Shown here: piece by piece, positions 1 through 11,338 of the stretch | Layout: each line of letters opens with the position of its first letter | Position numbering within the stretch: the stretch's first letter is position 1 | Program-made: the position numbers and the translations under genes | Source of the DNA: Thermodesulfobacterium sp. | GTDB lineage: Bacteria; Desulfobacterota; Thermodesulfobacteria; Thermodesulfobacteriales; Thermodesulfobacteriaceae | Assembly: GCA_036781525.1 (NCBI GenBank) | Contig: DAIQAS010000002.1 | Location: 1 to 38,655, forward strand | Direction of reading: 5' to 3' | Length of the DNA: 38,655 nucleotides | The notes under the pieces: generated by a model | What the model was told of the DNA's origin: nothing | Databases searched by the model: none | The model's input: only the letters and a program-made list of their open reading frames with translations

Positions 1-1
1 A

Positions 2-679
2 GGTATAGTTGAGGGATGTCAGATTTCGGAATGTGCTCTTCTTGGAGGAGAAACTGCTGAGATGCCAGGTATGTATGCTCCTGGAGAATATGATTGTGCA
101 GGATTTGTTGTTGGCATTGTGGAAAGAGATAAAATTATAGACGGGTCAAGTATATCTATTGGTGATGTCATTTTAGGAATACCCTCAAGTGGTCTTCACA
201 GCAACGGATTTTCTCTGGTAAGAAAAATTCTTTTTGAAGAAAACAAATTCAAATTAGACTATATTTCTGAAGAAATAGGAAAACCTATAGGAGAAGAAAT
301 TTTAATCCCTACAAAAATTTATGCTCCTATTGTTAAAACCATGGTTAATAGAGATCTTGAAATAAAAGGCTTTGTTAACATTACAGGAGGAGGATTTATA
401 GACAATATCCCAAGAATTCTTCCTAAGAATTGTAAAGCAGTTATTGAAAAGGAAACCTGGAAGATGCCACCTATTTTTTCTTTTCTTCAGAAATTAGGAA
501 ATATTTCTGAAGAAGAAATGTTTAGGGTATTTAATTGTGGAATAGGATTTATTATTGTGGTTGATGAAAAAATTTCAGAGGATGTTCAAAATATGATTAC
601 AGCCTTAGGTGAGAAGTGTTATGTGATTGGATATATTGATAAAAGAGAAAAAAATGAAAAACAAGTAGTGTTTGTGTAG
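2..679 (+). CDS. purM: Phosphoribosylformylglycinamidine cyclo-ligase (AIR synthetase), 5'-truncated by window edge
   Basis: Frame is open from base 2: GIVEGCQISECALLGGETAEMPGMY, then GLHSNGFSLVRK, NITGGG, EMFRVFNCGIG, all PurM motifs. ATG 62 of the ORF track is internal. Confidence 0.95.
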   Translation, partial: GIVEGCQISECALLGGETAEMPGMYAPGEYDCAGFVVGIVERDKIIDGSSISIGDVILGIPSSGLHSNGFSLVRKILFEENKFKLDYISEEIGKPIGEEILIPTKIYAPIVKTMVNRDLEIKGFVNITGGGFIDNIPRILPKNCKAVIEKETWKMPPIFSFLQKLGNISEEEMFRVFNCGIGFIIVVDEKISEDVQNMITALGEKCYVIGYIDKREKNEKQVVFV

Positions 680-689
680 AGGGCAATAA

Positions 690-1535
690 ATGTATTTTCA
701 GGATGTAATAGCAACTCTTAACAAATTTTGGGCAGAAAAAGGATGTGTCATTTTACAGCCTTATGATATGGAAGTAGGAGCAGGAACTTTTCATCCTGCT
801 ACTTTTTTAAGAGCCCTTGGTCCTGAGCCATTTTCAGCAGCCTATGTAGAACCCTGTAGAAGGCCTACAGATGGAAGATATGGGGAAAACCCTAATAGAC
901 TTCAACACTATTATCAGTATCAGGTTATTATTAAACCATCTCCTGATGATATTCAAAATATATACCTTGAAAGTTTAAAAGCTTTAGGAATAGATCCAAG
1001 AGAACATGATATAAGATTTGTAGAAGACGATTGGGAATCCCCTACCCTTGGTGCATGGGGACTTGGATGGGAGGTATGGCTTGATGGGATGGAAATTACT
1101 CAATTTACTTATTTTCAACAGATAGGAGGTTTTGATTGTAATCCTGTTACAGTTGAAATTACTTACGGTCTTGAAAGAATTACCATGTATCTTCAGGAAG
1201 TGGAAAATGTTTTTGATATAAAGTGGAATGAGAAGATAACTTACAGAGATATACATTTTAGAGGAGAGGTCGAATATTCCATATACAATTTTGAAGAGGC
1301 AGATGTGAATCTTTTAAGAGATCTTTTTGAAAAGTTTGAAAAAGAAGCTAATAGACTTTTAGAACGCGGACTTGTTTTACCAGGCTATGACTTTGTAATA
1401 AAGTGTTCCCATGTGTTTAATTTACTTGATGCAAGGGGAGTCCTTTCTCCTATTGAAAGAGCTAATTATATAGGTAGAGTCAGAGGAATGGCTAAAAAGA
1501 CAGCCGAAAAATGGTTGGAAAGTAAGGGATATTAA
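690..1535 (+). CDS. glyQ: Glycine--tRNA ligase alpha subunit
   Basis: [60 protein letters not shown]. Confidence 0.98.
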   Translation: MYFQDVIATLNKFWAEKGCVILQPYDMEVGAGTFHPATFLRALGPEPFSAAYVEPCRRPTDGRYGENPNRLQHYYQYQVIIKPSPDDIQNIYLESLKALGIDPREHDIRFVEDDWESPTLGAWGLGWEVWLDGMEITQFTYFQQIGGFDCNPVTVEITYGLERITMYLQEVENVFDIKWNEKITYRDIHFRGEVEYSIYNFEEADVNLLRDLFEKFEKEANRLLERGLVLPGYDFVIKCSHVFNLLDARGVLSPIERANYIGRVRGMAKKTAEKWLESKGY

Positions 1536-1536
1536 G

Positions 1537-3609
1537 ATGGGAAAAAATTTACTTTGGGAAATTGGAACCGAAGAACTTCCTGCAAGGTTTATTGTTCCAG
1601 CCCTTGAGAGCTTAAAAAATCTTACAGAAAAGAAACTAAAAGAAAATCATCTTTCTTTTGAAGAAATAAAAACTGCAGGCACCTTAAGAAGACTCGTTCT
1701 TTTTGTTAAAAATCTTTCAGAAAAACAGGAAGAAAAAGAAGAAGAAATCCTTGGTCCATCAAAAAAAGTAGGAATTGATAAGGAGGGAAACTATACTCAG
1801 GCAGTTATAGGATTTGCTAAAAAATTTGGTGTCACTCCTGAGGAGCTTAGTATTAAAAAAACCGAAAAAGGAGAATATTTTTGTTTAAAAAGAATTATTC
1901 CAGGTAAAGAAACCAAAGAACTTCTTCCTCACATTCTTTTAAATATCTTACAAAATATCTATTTTCCTAAGTCTATGAGATGGGGTTCTTATAAAATAAG
2001 ATTTGCAAGACCTATACGATGGATGTTGTGTATTTTTGGAAAGGAAATAATTCCAATAGAAATAGCAAATATTTCTGCATCTAATTTTACCGTAGGGCAT
2101 CGCTTCTTATCAAAAAGATCTATTAAGATTTCTGAAGCCAAGTGGAATATTTATGAAAAAAAATTAGAAAAGAATTTCGTAATTGTTGATCCCGAAAAAA
2201 GACTTCAAAAAACAAAAGAAGAAATTATACGGGTTTCTGAAAAATTTGGCATTCCTGAAATAGAAGAGGATTTATTAGAAGAAAATGCTAATTTAGTGGA
2301 ATATCCCTTTCCTATTATCGGAGAATTTTCCAAAGAATTTTTAGAACTTCCTGAACCCCTTATTATTACAGCATTAAAAGAGCATCAAAGATACATTTGT
2401 TTAAGAAATAAAAAGGGAAGACTGATAAATTATTTTGTAGCTATAAATAACAACTTCCCTAAAAATTTAGAAATACTTAAAAAAGGACACGAAAGAGTTA
2501 CCAAAGCAAGGCTTGAAGATGCAAAATTCTATTTTGAAAAGGATTTAAAAGAACCTCTGGATAAGAAAGTAGAGAAACTGAAGGGGGTTGTTTATCATAT
2601 AAAATGCGGAACTCTTTGGGATAAAACTCAGAGACTAATTGAGCTCGGAAAATACTTAGCTTCAAAAATAGATTCAAAATCGGATTTAAAAAAGATTCAA
2701 AGAGCATGTTTTTATGCTAAAGCTGATCTTGCCTCTGAAGTAGTTAGAGAGTTTACTTCTCTTCAAGGTATTATGGGAAGTATATATGCGGAGTATTTTG
2801 GAGAAAAAGATATAGCAAAAGCACTTTATGAACAGTATCTTCCTTTACCTCAGAATGAAACCTTACCTAAGACTTGGGAAGGAACAATACTTTCTTTAGC
2901 AGATAAAATTGATCACATTTCATCTCTTTTCGGGAGCGGAGAAAAACCTACTGGTGAAGCTGATCCTTATGGACTTAGAAGAGCAGCCTACGGGATTATA
3001 AAAATCCTTATAGGGAAAAATATATTTCTTGCTCTGGAAGAGATTTTCATTCAGAGTTTAAAAATTCTTGAAAATCAGGGATATTTAAAAGAAAAAGAAG
3101 TTTTGCCAGAAATTTTGGAATTTTTAAGAAAACGTTTAGAAGGTGAATTTCTAAATCAGGGTTTTGATAAGTTACTTATAGGTGTAGTGATAAATCTTCC
3201 GCTTGATCCCTTTGATTTATATTTAAGAATAAAAGCACTTAAAGATTTTCAGAATAGAAGAGATTTTATAGACCTCATTACCGGATTTAAGCGAGTTACT
3301 CAAATACTTAAAGGACTGGAAATAAGTAAACTTCCTAATTTAGACCCTTCACTTTTTAAGGAAAAGGAAGAAAAAGAATTACACCTAAAAGTAATAGAAT
3401 TAACCCCTCATTTAAAAGAGTTACTTGAGAAAAAGGAATATATTCAATATTTAAATAAAATTCTTGAATTTAAGGATGTAATTGACAGGTTTTTTGAGAA
3501 TGTTTTTGTTATGGTTGAAGATGAAAGGTTAAGAAAAAACAGACTCAAACTTCTTGCAGAGGTATCTTCTCTTTTTAATGCCTTTGGAGATTTAACTTTT
3601 CTCATATAG
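1537..3609 (+). CDS. glyS: Glycine--tRNA ligase beta subunit
   Basis: LLWEIGTEELPA, FPKSMRW, FARPIRW, ARLEDAKFY, PTGEADPYGLRRAA, FFENVFVM..NRL; starts 1 nt after glyQ. Confidence 0.97.
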   Translation: MGKNLLWEIGTEELPARFIVPALESLKNLTEKKLKENHLSFEEIKTAGTLRRLVLFVKNLSEKQEEKEEEILGPSKKVGIDKEGNYTQAVIGFAKKFGVTPEELSIKKTEKGEYFCLKRIIPGKETKELLPHILLNILQNIYFPKSMRWGSYKIRFARPIRWMLCIFGKEIIPIEIANISASNFTVGHRFLSKRSIKISEAKWNIYEKKLEKNFVIVDPEKRLQKTKEEIIRVSEKFGIPEIEEDLLEENANLVEYPFPIIGEFSKEFLELPEPLIITALKEHQRYICLRNKKGRLINYFVAINNNFPKNLEILKKGHERVTKARLEDAKFYFEKDLKEPLDKKVEKLKGVVYHIKCGTLWDKTQRLIELGKYLASKIDSKSDLKKIQRACFYAKADLASEVVREFTSLQGIMGSIYAEYFGEKDIAKALYEQYLPLPQNETLPKTWEGTILSLADKIDHISSLFGSGEKPTGEADPYGLRRAAYGIIKILIGKNIFLALEEIFIQSLKILENQGYLKEKEVLPEILEFLRKRLEGEFLNQGFDKLLIGVVINLPLDPFDLYLRIKALKDFQNRRDFIDLITGFKRVTQILKGLEISKLPNLDPSLFKEKEEKELHLKVIELTPHLKELLEKKEYIQYLNKILEFKDVIDRFFENVFVMVEDERLRKNRLKLLAEVSSLFNAFGDLTFLI

Positions 3610-3619
3610 TAATTTTCAG

Positions 3620-3625
3620 TATAAT
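3620..3625 (+). promoter_or_regulatory. Putative -10 box (TATAAT) 8 nt upstream of selB ATG; candidate leaderless promoter
   Basis: Perfect TATAAT in the 24-nt glyS-selB gap, no SD motif; -35 is weak. Confidence 0.45.
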
Positions 3626-3633
3626 TACTTAAT

Positions 3634-5550
3634 ATGCGTAGAATAATCATAGGGACTGCTGGTCATATAGATCATGGGAAAACAGCTTTAGTAAAAGCTT
3701 TAACTGGGATTGATACAGATCGGCTTAAAGAAGAAAAAGAGAGAGGAATAACTATTGATATAGGATTTGCTAACTTAGTTCTTCCTTCGGGAACACTTGC
3801 CGGAATTGTCGATGTTCCAGGACATGAAAAGTTTATTAGAAATATGGTTGCTGGAGCAACTGGTATAGATTTAGTGATTCTGGTAATTGCGGCAGATGAG
3901 GGAATTATGCCTCAAACACAAGAACATTTAGAGATATGCGAACTTCTCGGAATAAAAGACGGTGTAGTGGTAATTACAAAGATAGATCTTGTTGAAAAGG
4001 AATGGTTAGAATTAGTAAGAGAAGAAGTTGAAAATTATTTGAAAGAAACATTTTTAAAAAATGCCCCTATTGTTTATTTTTCCGCTGTCACAGGAGAAGG
4101 AAAAGAAGACCTTCTAAAAATACTTGATGAGAAGGCATCTCAAATTGTTATGAAACCAGAAGATCAGCCTTTTAGATTGCCTGTAGATGGAGTTTTTACC
4201 ATCAAAGGCTTTGGAACTGTAGTAAGAGGAACTGCTATTTCAGGAAAGGTAAGTCTTAATCAAGTATTAAAGATTTATCCTAAAGAAATTGAAACTAAAG
4301 TGAGAAATATCCAGGTTCATGGAAAAAATGTAGAAACTGCTTACGCTGGAATGAGAACAGCTTTAAATCTTCATGGAGTGGGAAAGGATGATGTAGAAAG
4401 AGGAGATGTAGTCGCAGATCCTGGGGTCTTAAAACCTTCTCAATGGCTTGATATTAAAGTTAAAGCACTAAAAAGAGTAAAACCACCTATTAGAAATTTT
4501 GAAAATTTTCTTTTTTATGTTGGAACTTCAGAAGTTTTAGGAAAAATTATTCTCTTTGGAAAAGATCATTTAGAGCCAGGAGAAACTGATGTAGCTCAGA
4601 TATTTCTCCAAAAGCCTGTTACAGTATGGAGAGGAGATAGGTTTATTCTGAGAAGAGCATCTACTAATACTACAGTGGGAGGCGGAGAAATAATTAATCC
4701 AATATCTCATAGAAGGAAAAGAACTAAACCATGGGAGAGGAAAGAACTTGAGTTTCTTACTCAAGCAAATTCTCAAAAGATTGCAAAGTATTATATAGAA
4801 AAAAGAAATTTTTTAGGCATTTCTGATAAAGATTTACAGCTTCTTATCTCTATTTTCGGTGAAAAGTTTAAAAGTTTAATTAAAGATCTTTCTCAGGATA
4901 TAATAGAACTAAAGGAAGGAGAAAATGTTTTGTATTTTTCCAAAAGTGCAGAAGAAAAACTCAGTGATAAAATTATTGAGGTGCTTAAAAAGTATCATGA
5001 AAACAACCCTTTTAGTCCCGGATTAACTAAGGAACTTTTAAAAAGCAGAATTTCTTCCTTCATTCCTGATGTTTTTTTAAATTACTTGATTGAAAAACTT
5101 GTCCAGAAAGGAGTTTTAAACAAAGAAAAAGAAATATTATCTCTTTCTGAATTTAAAAAAATAGATTTAACAGAAAGAGAAAATCTTAAAAAACAAATTG
5201 AAGAAAAATTCTTGAAAGAAGGATTAACTCCAAGAGATTTTGAAGAAATTCTTTTAGATTTTAGAGAAAAATATAAAGCTGTAAAAGAACTTTCGCAAAC
5301 ACTTTTAAGAGAAGGTATTCTTATAAAAGTTTCTGAAAAACTGGTTTACCATCAAAAGATAATTGATGAGGTAGAAAAGAAAGTAATAAGTTTTCTAAGC
5401 AAAAATAAAGAAATGTCAATTTCTGATTTTAGAAAATTACTTGGTTCGGAGGTAAGCAGAAAGTATTTAATTCCTCTTGCAGAATATCTTGATAAAAAAA
5501 AGATAACTTTAAGAATTGGAGATAAAAGAATTCTGAGAAAAAAGGTTTAA
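3634..5550 (+). CDS. selB: Selenocysteine-specific elongation factor SelB
   Basis: [45 protein letters not shown]-terminal winged-helix region ending [21 protein letters not shown]. Confidence 0.97.
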   Translation: MRRIIIGTAGHIDHGKTALVKALTGIDTDRLKEEKERGITIDIGFANLVLPSGTLAGIVDVPGHEKFIRNMVAGATGIDLVILVIAADEGIMPQTQEHLEICELLGIKDGVVVITKIDLVEKEWLELVREEVENYLKETFLKNAPIVYFSAVTGEGKEDLLKILDEKASQIVMKPEDQPFRLPVDGVFTIKGFGTVVRGTAISGKVSLNQVLKIYPKEIETKVRNIQVHGKNVETAYAGMRTALNLHGVGKDDVERGDVVADPGVLKPSQWLDIKVKALKRVKPPIRNFENFLFYVGTSEVLGKIILFGKDHLEPGETDVAQIFLQKPVTVWRGDRFILRRASTNTTVGGGEIINPISHRRKRTKPWERKELEFLTQANSQKIAKYYIEKRNFLGISDKDLQLLISIFGEKFKSLIKDLSQDIIELKEGENVLYFSKSAEEKLSDKIIEVLKKYHENNPFSPGLTKELLKSRISSFIPDVFLNYLIEKLVQKGVLNKEKEILSLSEFKKIDLTERENLKKQIEEKFLKEGLTPRDFEEILLDFREKYKAVKELSQTLLREGILIKVSEKLVYHQKIIDEVEKKVISFLSKNKEMSISDFRKLLGSEVSRKYLIPLAEYLDKKKITLRIGDKRILRKKV

Positions 5551-7913
5551 CCTCTTTGTTTTTTTGTAGTTTTTTTCTTCTTAGTCTTCTTCTCTTTTTC
5601 TTTGCTAAGTTCGCTGAGTTTTTTAAGTCCTTTTAAAACCTCTTTATGAAATTTTTCTGGTTTATATCCTGTAAGAATTTCTATTACATCATCTATTGTT
5701 TCTACAGTATAGATATGAAATTTTCCTGCTTTAATATCTTCTAAGACATCTTCATCAAGAAGAATATTATCAAAATTTTTTGCAGGCACTATTACTCCTT
5801 GTTTTCCCGTAAAATTAGTGAGTTTACATACCCTATAAAACCCTTCTATTTTTTCCTTTATTCCTCCGACAGGCTGAATGTTACCAAATTGATCAATAGA
5901 TCCCGTTACAGCTATATCTTGTCTTATAGGTATTTTAGAAATAGCTGAAAGGATAGCCATTAGCTCTGCTGCCGAAGCACTATCTCCCTCTACAGGTTCA
6001 TATGCCTGTTCAAAGGTGAGTGTACAGGAAAGTTGTAAGGTGAAGTCTGAGCTGTATTTATTGTAAAGATATGAAGAAAGAATAAGCACACCCTTTGAAT
6101 GGATAGGGCCACTCATATCTATTTCTCTTTCAATATTTATGATTCCTTTGCTTCCAGGAAAAACATTAGCTGTAATTCTTGAAGGCTTTCCAAAACTGTG
6201 GTCCCCAAGCATATAGACACTTAAGCCGTTAATTTGCCCTGGTTTTTTACCTTCTATATCTATTATTATTTTTCCTTCTTTTATAAGTTCTCTTATCTTT
6301 TCTTCTACCAGATTAATTCTAAATATCTTTTCTTTTAAAGCCTTTTTAATTTCTTCTCCAGTTATTACTTCATTTTTTGTGATTGTATTTGCTTCTCTTA
6401 ACAGATCTATTATATTCTCCAAAACAATGCTTATCTTTTTTCTATCACCTGCCTGATACACAGCATATTTAAAAATTTCTGAAAGACCTGAAGAATCAAG
6501 CTCTTTTATATTTTCTTCTTTAATTATTTTCTTTATAATTTTAGGAAAGGCTTTAAGAACATCATCATTTATATCTATCACAGGATTAAATTCAGCTTTT
6601 ATTTTAAAAAGTTCACTAAATTCTTTATCATAAAAACTTAGGAGATAATAAAGATAGGGATCTCCTATTAAAAATACTTTGGCTGAAAACGGAATTGGTT
6701 CAGGTAAAAGCCCTACATGAGGAACAGGTATTTCTTCTACCATTCCACCCATTAAATAAAGCTTTTTATGAAGAAGGGTCCTTTTTAGCAATACCCAGAC
6801 ATAAGGATTTTTAAGAACTTCCCATATATCCAAAACAAGGTAGCCTCCATTTATCTTATGAAGAGTTCCTGGGGCAAGACTTAAATGGTCAGCATAAAGA
6901 ATTCCCATCTCAGCTCTATAGTTAATTTGCCCAAAAAGCCCCTTTAAAGTTGGAACTTTTTCATATATTACAGGTGCACCCTCAGTTTTCGTGTTATCTA
7001 TTAAAACATTTACCCTAAAAATATTTAATGCTCTATTAATACTATTTTGAGCAATAACGTTTCCTTTAGCCTTTTCCCATTCAATAAAAAGGTGGATATT
7101 TTTAACTAATTCTTCTTTGACCTCAGAAATAAATTCTTGCACTGCTTTTATTTCTTTAAATTCTTCTTCCAGCTTTTCAAAAGCCTTATTTACCAGATTG
7201 GTTGCTATTTTCTTTCTTAACTTGAATAAATTTTCTCCAAAAGAACTATCAAGTTCGCGAAGTCTTCTCATATATTGTCTAAAAGTTGGTTCAAAAGCAT
7301 TCAGATTTTTCTGATATTCTTCTCTTATTTGAGGATTTTCTAATAATTGCTCTTGAGGAACAGGAGTTTCTATTTTAAAAATTGGAAGTAATCTAACCCC
7401 TTCAGGACCAAAAAGGACCATTAAATTATACTTTTTTGCTTCTTCTATAAGTTCGTTTATTACTTTTTCCTTTTGAGAATCTATTTCTTTAGTAAGGGTA
7501 GTTAATTCCTCTTCATATTCTTTCCCTTCAAAGGCTTTAAAAGTTTCTCTTTTTAAAAACTCAAGAATTTCTTCTATATAATCTGCAAGTTTTCTTCCAT
7601 AACCAGCAGGTAAAACTAAGGCTTTAGGACGATAGGAATCTTTAAAATTATTTACATAACATATATCAGGTGGTCTTTCTTTTGTAGGGGCTAATTCTTG
7701 AAGCCTTTTTAAGGTATATCTACTTCTTCCTATTCCATTTGGACCGCATACATATACATTGTAGCCGTCTTTATCAAGTTTAAGGGCAAGATCAAAAGCC
7801 TTTTCTAATCTTTCTTGCTGAAGAAAGATTTCTTCTTCTAAATATTCAGATGTTCCAGATGGAAAATTGAAAGTAAGATCTAAATTTTCAAAATCAAGTT
7901 TTTTCCAAGCCAT
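5547..7913 (-). CDS. Lon-family S16 protease, LonC/AAA_32-like type
   Basis: C-terminal Lon protease domain (GQINGL, EREIDMSGPIHSKGV, VEGDSASAAEL catalytic Ser, VGGIKEKIEGF catalytic Lys); AAA-like N-part with degenerate Walker A GPNGIGRS and coiled-coil insertion. Confidence 0.9.
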   Translation of the reverse strand: MAWKKLDFENLDLTFNFPSGTSEYLEEEIFLQQERLEKAFDLALKLDKDGYNVYVCGPNGIGRSRYTLKRLQELAPTKERPPDICYVNNFKDSYRPKALVLPAGYGRKLADYIEEILEFLKRETFKAFEGKEYEEELTTLTKEIDSQKEKVINELIEEAKKYNLMVLFGPEGVRLLPIFKIETPVPQEQLLENPQIREEYQKNLNAFEPTFRQYMRRLRELDSSFGENLFKLRKKIATNLVNKAFEKLEEEFKEIKAVQEFISEVKEELVKNIHLFIEWEKAKGNVIAQNSINRALNIFRVNVLIDNTKTEGAPVIYEKVPTLKGLFGQINYRAEMGILYADHLSLAPGTLHKINGGYLVLDIWEVLKNPYVWVLLKRTLLHKKLYLMGGMVEEIPVPHVGLLPEPIPFSAKVFLIGDPYLYYLLSFYDKEFSELFKIKAEFNPVIDINDDVLKAFPKIIKKIIKEENIKELDSSGLSEIFKYAVYQAGDRKKISIVLENIIDLLREANTITKNEVITGEEIKKALKEKIFRINLVEEKIRELIKEGKIIIDIEGKKPGQINGLSVYMLGDHSFGKPSRITANVFPGSKGIINIEREIDMSGPIHSKGVLILSSYLYNKYSSDFTLQLSCTLTFEQAYEPVEGDSASAAELMAILSAISKIPIRQDIAVTGSIDQFGNIQPVGGIKEKIEGFYRVCKLTNFTGKQGVIVPAKNFDNILLDEDVLEDIKAGKFHIYTVETIDDVIEILTGYKPEKFHKEVLKGLKKLSELSKEKEKKTKKKKTTKKQRG

Positions 7914-7923
7914 TATAATTTAA

Positions 7924-7951
7924 AATTTAAAAAAACATTTATAAAAGACAA
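7924..7951 (-). promoter_or_regulatory. Putative sigma70 promoter of lon-like gene (TTGTCT-N16-TAAATT), 10 nt before ATG
   Basis: Read on minus strand of the divergent intergenic region; no SD before ATG 7913. Confidence 0.4.
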
Positions 7952-7960
7952 GGTTTTTGG

Positions 7961-7988
7961 TTGCAAATTTAGATAAAAAAAGTAAAAT
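7961..7988 (+). promoter_or_regulatory. Putative sigma70 promoter of leuC operon (TTGCAA-N16-TAAAAT)
   Basis: Near-consensus hexamers followed by AAGGGG SD-like motif upstream of ATG 8026. Confidence 0.55.
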
Positions 7989-8025
7989 TTTTCTTTTGTG
8001 AAATTAAGCAAAAGGGGTTGAGTAT

Positions 8026-9315
8026 ATGAAAAAACATCCCATGACTCTGGCAGAAAAAATTTTAGCAGCAAAGCTAAAAAAAGATTATGTAGAACCTGGA
8101 GAACTTGTTGAAGTTCCTGTAGACTTAACTTTAGCCAATGATATAACAGGTCCCTTAGCTATAAAAATTTTTGAGTCTACAAAAATTGGTAAAGTTTTTG
8201 ATCCCGAAAAAATTGTTCTTGTTATGGATCACTTTACTCCTAATAAGGATATAAAAAGTGCGGAACAAGTTAGAATTTGTAGAGAGTTTGCCAGAAAATA
8301 TAAGATAGTTCATTATTATGAAGGTGGAGCTTGCGGGATTGAACATGCTCTTTTACCTGAACTTGGTCTTGTAGGTCCTGGAGATATTGTAATAGGAGCT
8401 GACAGTCATACATGCACTTATGGAGCTCTTGGGGCTTTTGCTACAGGTGTTGGTTCTACTGATCTGGCAGCTGCCTGGATAACTGGTAAAACCTGGTTCA
8501 AAGTTCCAGAAACTATTAAATTTGTTTATTATGGAAAACTTAACTCCTGGGTTACTGGGAAAGATTTAATTCTCTATACCATAGGGGATATAGGAGTTGA
8601 TGGAGCGCTTTACAAAGCTATGGAATTTTCAGGTGAAGTTATAAAAAAACTATCCATGGCCGAGAGATTTACCATGGCAAATATGGCTATAGAAGCAGGA
8701 GGAAAGGTAGGTCTTATAGAACCTGATAAAAAAACTCTGGCATATATAAAGGAACGTTTTAAGAGAGAACCTCTTATTCTGAAGGCTGATAAAAAGGCTA
8801 AATATTCAGAAATAAGAGAATATGATGTTTCAAAAATAGATCCTGTTGTTGCCCTACCCCATCTTCCTTCCAATGTAAAACCTGTTAAAGAGCTTCCAAA
8901 CAAAATTTTTATAGATCAAGTGGTAATTGGTTCCTGCACCAACGGAAGATTAGAAGATTTAGCAATAGCTGCCAAAATTTTAAAAAATCGTAAGGTGAAT
9001 TCTAATGTAAGGTGTATAATAATTCCAGCAACCCCTAACATATATTATCAGGCTTTAAAAAGAGGATATATAAGGACCTTTATAGAAGCAGGAGCTATTG
9101 TATCACCTCCTACATGTGGACCATGTCTTGGCGGGCATATGGGAATTTTAGCAAAAGGTGAAAAAGCTGTAGCAACTACAAACAGAAACTTCGTTGGAAG
9201 AATGGGACATCCTGAAAGTGAAGTTTATCTTGCTGGACCAGCGGTAGCTGCTGCAAGTGCAGTACTTGGTTATATAGGAACGCCTGAAGAACTGGGTTTA
9301 GAAGAGGAGGATTAA
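8026..9315 (+). CDS. leuC: 3-isopropylmalate dehydratase large subunit (LeuC type 2 / homoaconitase family)
   Basis: [43 protein letters not shown] (4Fe-4S ligands). Confidence 0.92.
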   Translation: MKKHPMTLAEKILAAKLKKDYVEPGELVEVPVDLTLANDITGPLAIKIFESTKIGKVFDPEKIVLVMDHFTPNKDIKSAEQVRICREFARKYKIVHYYEGGACGIEHALLPELGLVGPGDIVIGADSHTCTYGALGAFATGVGSTDLAAAWITGKTWFKVPETIKFVYYGKLNSWVTGKDLILYTIGDIGVDGALYKAMEFSGEVIKKLSMAERFTMANMAIEAGGKVGLIEPDKKTLAYIKERFKREPLILKADKKAKYSEIREYDVSKIDPVVALPHLPSNVKPVKELPNKIFIDQVVIGSCTNGRLEDLAIAAKILKNRKVNSNVRCIIIPATPNIYYQALKRGYIRTFIEAGAIVSPPTCGPCLGGHMGILAKGEKAVATTNRNFVGRMGHPESEVYLAGPAVAAASAVLGYIGTPEELGLEEED

Positions 9316-9316
9316 G

Positions 9317-9817
9317 ATGGAAAAAATTAAAGGAAAAGTTTGGAAATTTGGAGACAATATAGATACGGATGTGATTATTCCCGCAAGATATTTAAATACA
9401 ACTGATCCAGAAGAGTTAGCCAAGCACTGTATGGAAGATGCAGATCCTGAATTTTCAAAAAAGGTAAAAAAGGGAGATATTATTGTTGCAGGAAGAAATT
9501 TTGGATGTGGTTCTTCCCGTGAGCATGCTCCAATTGCAATAAAAGCCTGTGGAATAGCTTGTGTAATTGCTGAAAGTTTTGCAAGAATTTTTTATAGAAA
9601 TGCCTTTAACACAGGTCTTTTAATTTTAGAATGTCCTGAAGCGGTTAAAGATACAGATACAGGAGATGAGCTTGAGGTTTATCCAGAAGAAGGAAAGATT
9701 ATAAATTTAACCAAAGGGAAAACATATTTCACTAAACCTCTACCTCCTTTTATGAAAGAAATACTTGAAGATGGAGGTTTAATTCCTCATATTATGAAAA
9801 AATTTAAGGTTAAATAA
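9317..9817 (+). CDS. leuD: 3-isopropylmalate dehydratase small subunit
   Basis: [40 protein letters not shown]; adjacent to leuC. Confidence 0.92.
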   Translation: MEKIKGKVWKFGDNIDTDVIIPARYLNTTDPEELAKHCMEDADPEFSKKVKKGDIIVAGRNFGCGSSREHAPIAIKACGIACVIAESFARIFYRNAFNTGLLILECPEAVKDTDTGDELEVYPEEGKIINLTKGKTYFTKPLPPFMKEILEDGGLIPHIMKKFKVK

Positions 9818-9820
9818 AAA

Positions 9821-10624
9821 ATGGAAGTAAATGTAGATAAAGATAAGATAGATTTTTTCACACTTTGGAACATTATAAAAATATTAAGAAGTGAAAATGG
9901 TTGCCCATGGGATAAGAAACAAACTCCCCAAACTCTAAAGAAATATCTTATAGAAGAAGCCTACGAAGCATTTGAAGCTATAGAAAAGGAAAAACCAGAA
10001 GAAGTAAGAGAAGAATTAGGAGATCTCTTATTTCTTCTTCTTTTTGTTATTTTTCTTTATGAAGAAAAAAGCTTATTTACTCTAAAGGATTTATTATATT
10101 TTACAGCTCAAAAAATGATTCGTCGTCATCCTCATGTATTTGGAGAAGAAGTTGCTAAGAGTGCTGAAGAAGTGATTAGTAAATGGCAAAAAATAAAAAA
10201 GAAAGAAGGGAAAGAATCTTCCATTCTTGGTAACATTCCTAAGAGTATGCCTGCCCTACAAAGAGCTTTTAGATTGGGAGAAAGAGCAGGTAGAGTTGGC
10301 TTTGATTGGGAAAAAGCAGAAGATGTTTTTGAAAAGATTGAAGAAGAATTAAAAGAAATCAAAATGTCTCTTAAAACTTCTTCGGAGGAAAAATTAAAAG
10401 AAGAAATAGGAGATCTTTTATTTAGTGTAGCAAATCTTTCAAGAAAACTTAATATCAATCCTGAAGAAGCATTAAAAATTGCATTGAATAAATTTGAAAA
10501 TCGATTCAAACTTCTCGAAAAGGAAGTAGAAAAGAAAGGTTTATCTTGGGGAAGTCTTAGTATTAAAGAACTTGATCAAATATGGGAGAGTATTAAAAAT
10601 ACACATGAATCAGAAAATTGTTGA
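9821..10624 (+). CDS. mazG: Nucleoside triphosphate pyrophosphohydrolase MazG
   Basis: GCPWDKKQT, EEAYE, EELGDLL, RRHPHVF, second domain GFDW..EEIGDLLF. Confidence 0.95.
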   Translation: MEVNVDKDKIDFFTLWNIIKILRSENGCPWDKKQTPQTLKKYLIEEAYEAFEAIEKEKPEEVREELGDLLFLLLFVIFLYEEKSLFTLKDLLYFTAQKMIRRHPHVFGEEVAKSAEEVISKWQKIKKKEGKESSILGNIPKSMPALQRAFRLGERAGRVGFDWEKAEDVFEKIEEELKEIKMSLKTSSEEKLKEEIGDLLFSVANLSRKLNINPEEALKIALNKFENRFKLLEKEVEKKGLSWGSLSIKELDQIWESIKNTHESENC

Positions 10625-11336
10625 AGTCAAAAATCTTTGGTTCTCTTATGAGAATCATCCAGTTCTTGAGAATATCAATTTAGAAGTAAAAAAAGGAGAT
10701 TTTTTAGCTCTTATAGGACCCAATGGAGGAGGAAAAACAACTCTTATAAAATGTATTCTTGGTTTTTTAAAGCCTGACCGGGGAAAAGTTTTTCTCTGGG
10801 AAGAAGATATTAAATATTTTAAAAACTGGCATAAAATCGGGTATGTTTCTCAAAGAGCAGGAGACCTTATTGATCATTTAGTTCCCATTTCTGTTAAAGA
10901 ATTTCTTTTATTACCTTTTAAATGGTATAAAAATACTTTTAAAGAAAGCTACTTAAATGAGCTTATAGAAAAATTTGGAATGCAAAATCTCCTGAATAAA
11001 AGGTTAGGAGAATTATCATATGGACAGCTTCAAAGGGCTTATATAGTAAGAGCTCTAATTTTAGAACCGGAACTTTTAATTCTCGATGAACCATCTGTTG
11101 GTTTGGATTTCTTTACTCAAGAGGTGTTTTATGAAACCCTTGCAGGGATTAATAAAAGAGGACTTACTATAGTTTTAGTAACTCATGAGACCTGGCTTTT
11201 AACTAAATGGGTTAATAAAGTTGCCTGTGTAAATCAAAAATTGTATTACCATGGAGATCATAAGAGTTTCTGCGAAATAGCTAAAAGTTTAGAATTCTTT
11301 TCAGATTATCATAAAATTGAACATACTCACTGGTAA
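10605..11336 (+). CDS. Metal (Zn/Mn) ABC transporter ATP-binding protein, ZnuC-like
   Basis: Walker A GPNGGGKTT, Walker B LLILDEP, H-loop VTHE, His-rich C-terminus; ATG 10605 (MNQKIVEVKNL) preferred over TTG 10572. Confidence 0.85.
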   Translation: MNQKIVEVKNLWFSYENHPVLENINLEVKKGDFLALIGPNGGGKTTLIKCILGFLKPDRGKVFLWEEDIKYFKNWHKIGYVSQRAGDLIDHLVPISVKEFLLLPFKWYKNTFKESYLNELIEKFGMQNLLNKRLGELSYGQLQRAYIVRALILEPELLILDEPSVGLDFFTQEVFYETLAGINKRGLTIVLVTHETWLLTKWVNKVACVNQKLYYHGDHKSFCEIAKSLEFFSDYHKIEHTHW

Positions 11337-11338
11337 AA

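Noticed and set aside
7989..8016. CTTTTG-N10-CAAAAG dyad before leuC (SD-occluding hairpin or Rex-like TTGTGAA half site)
   Set aside because: The predicted TSS falls inside the 5' arm, the stem is AU/GU-weak and the second Rex half-site matches poorly; there is no leader peptide or T-box
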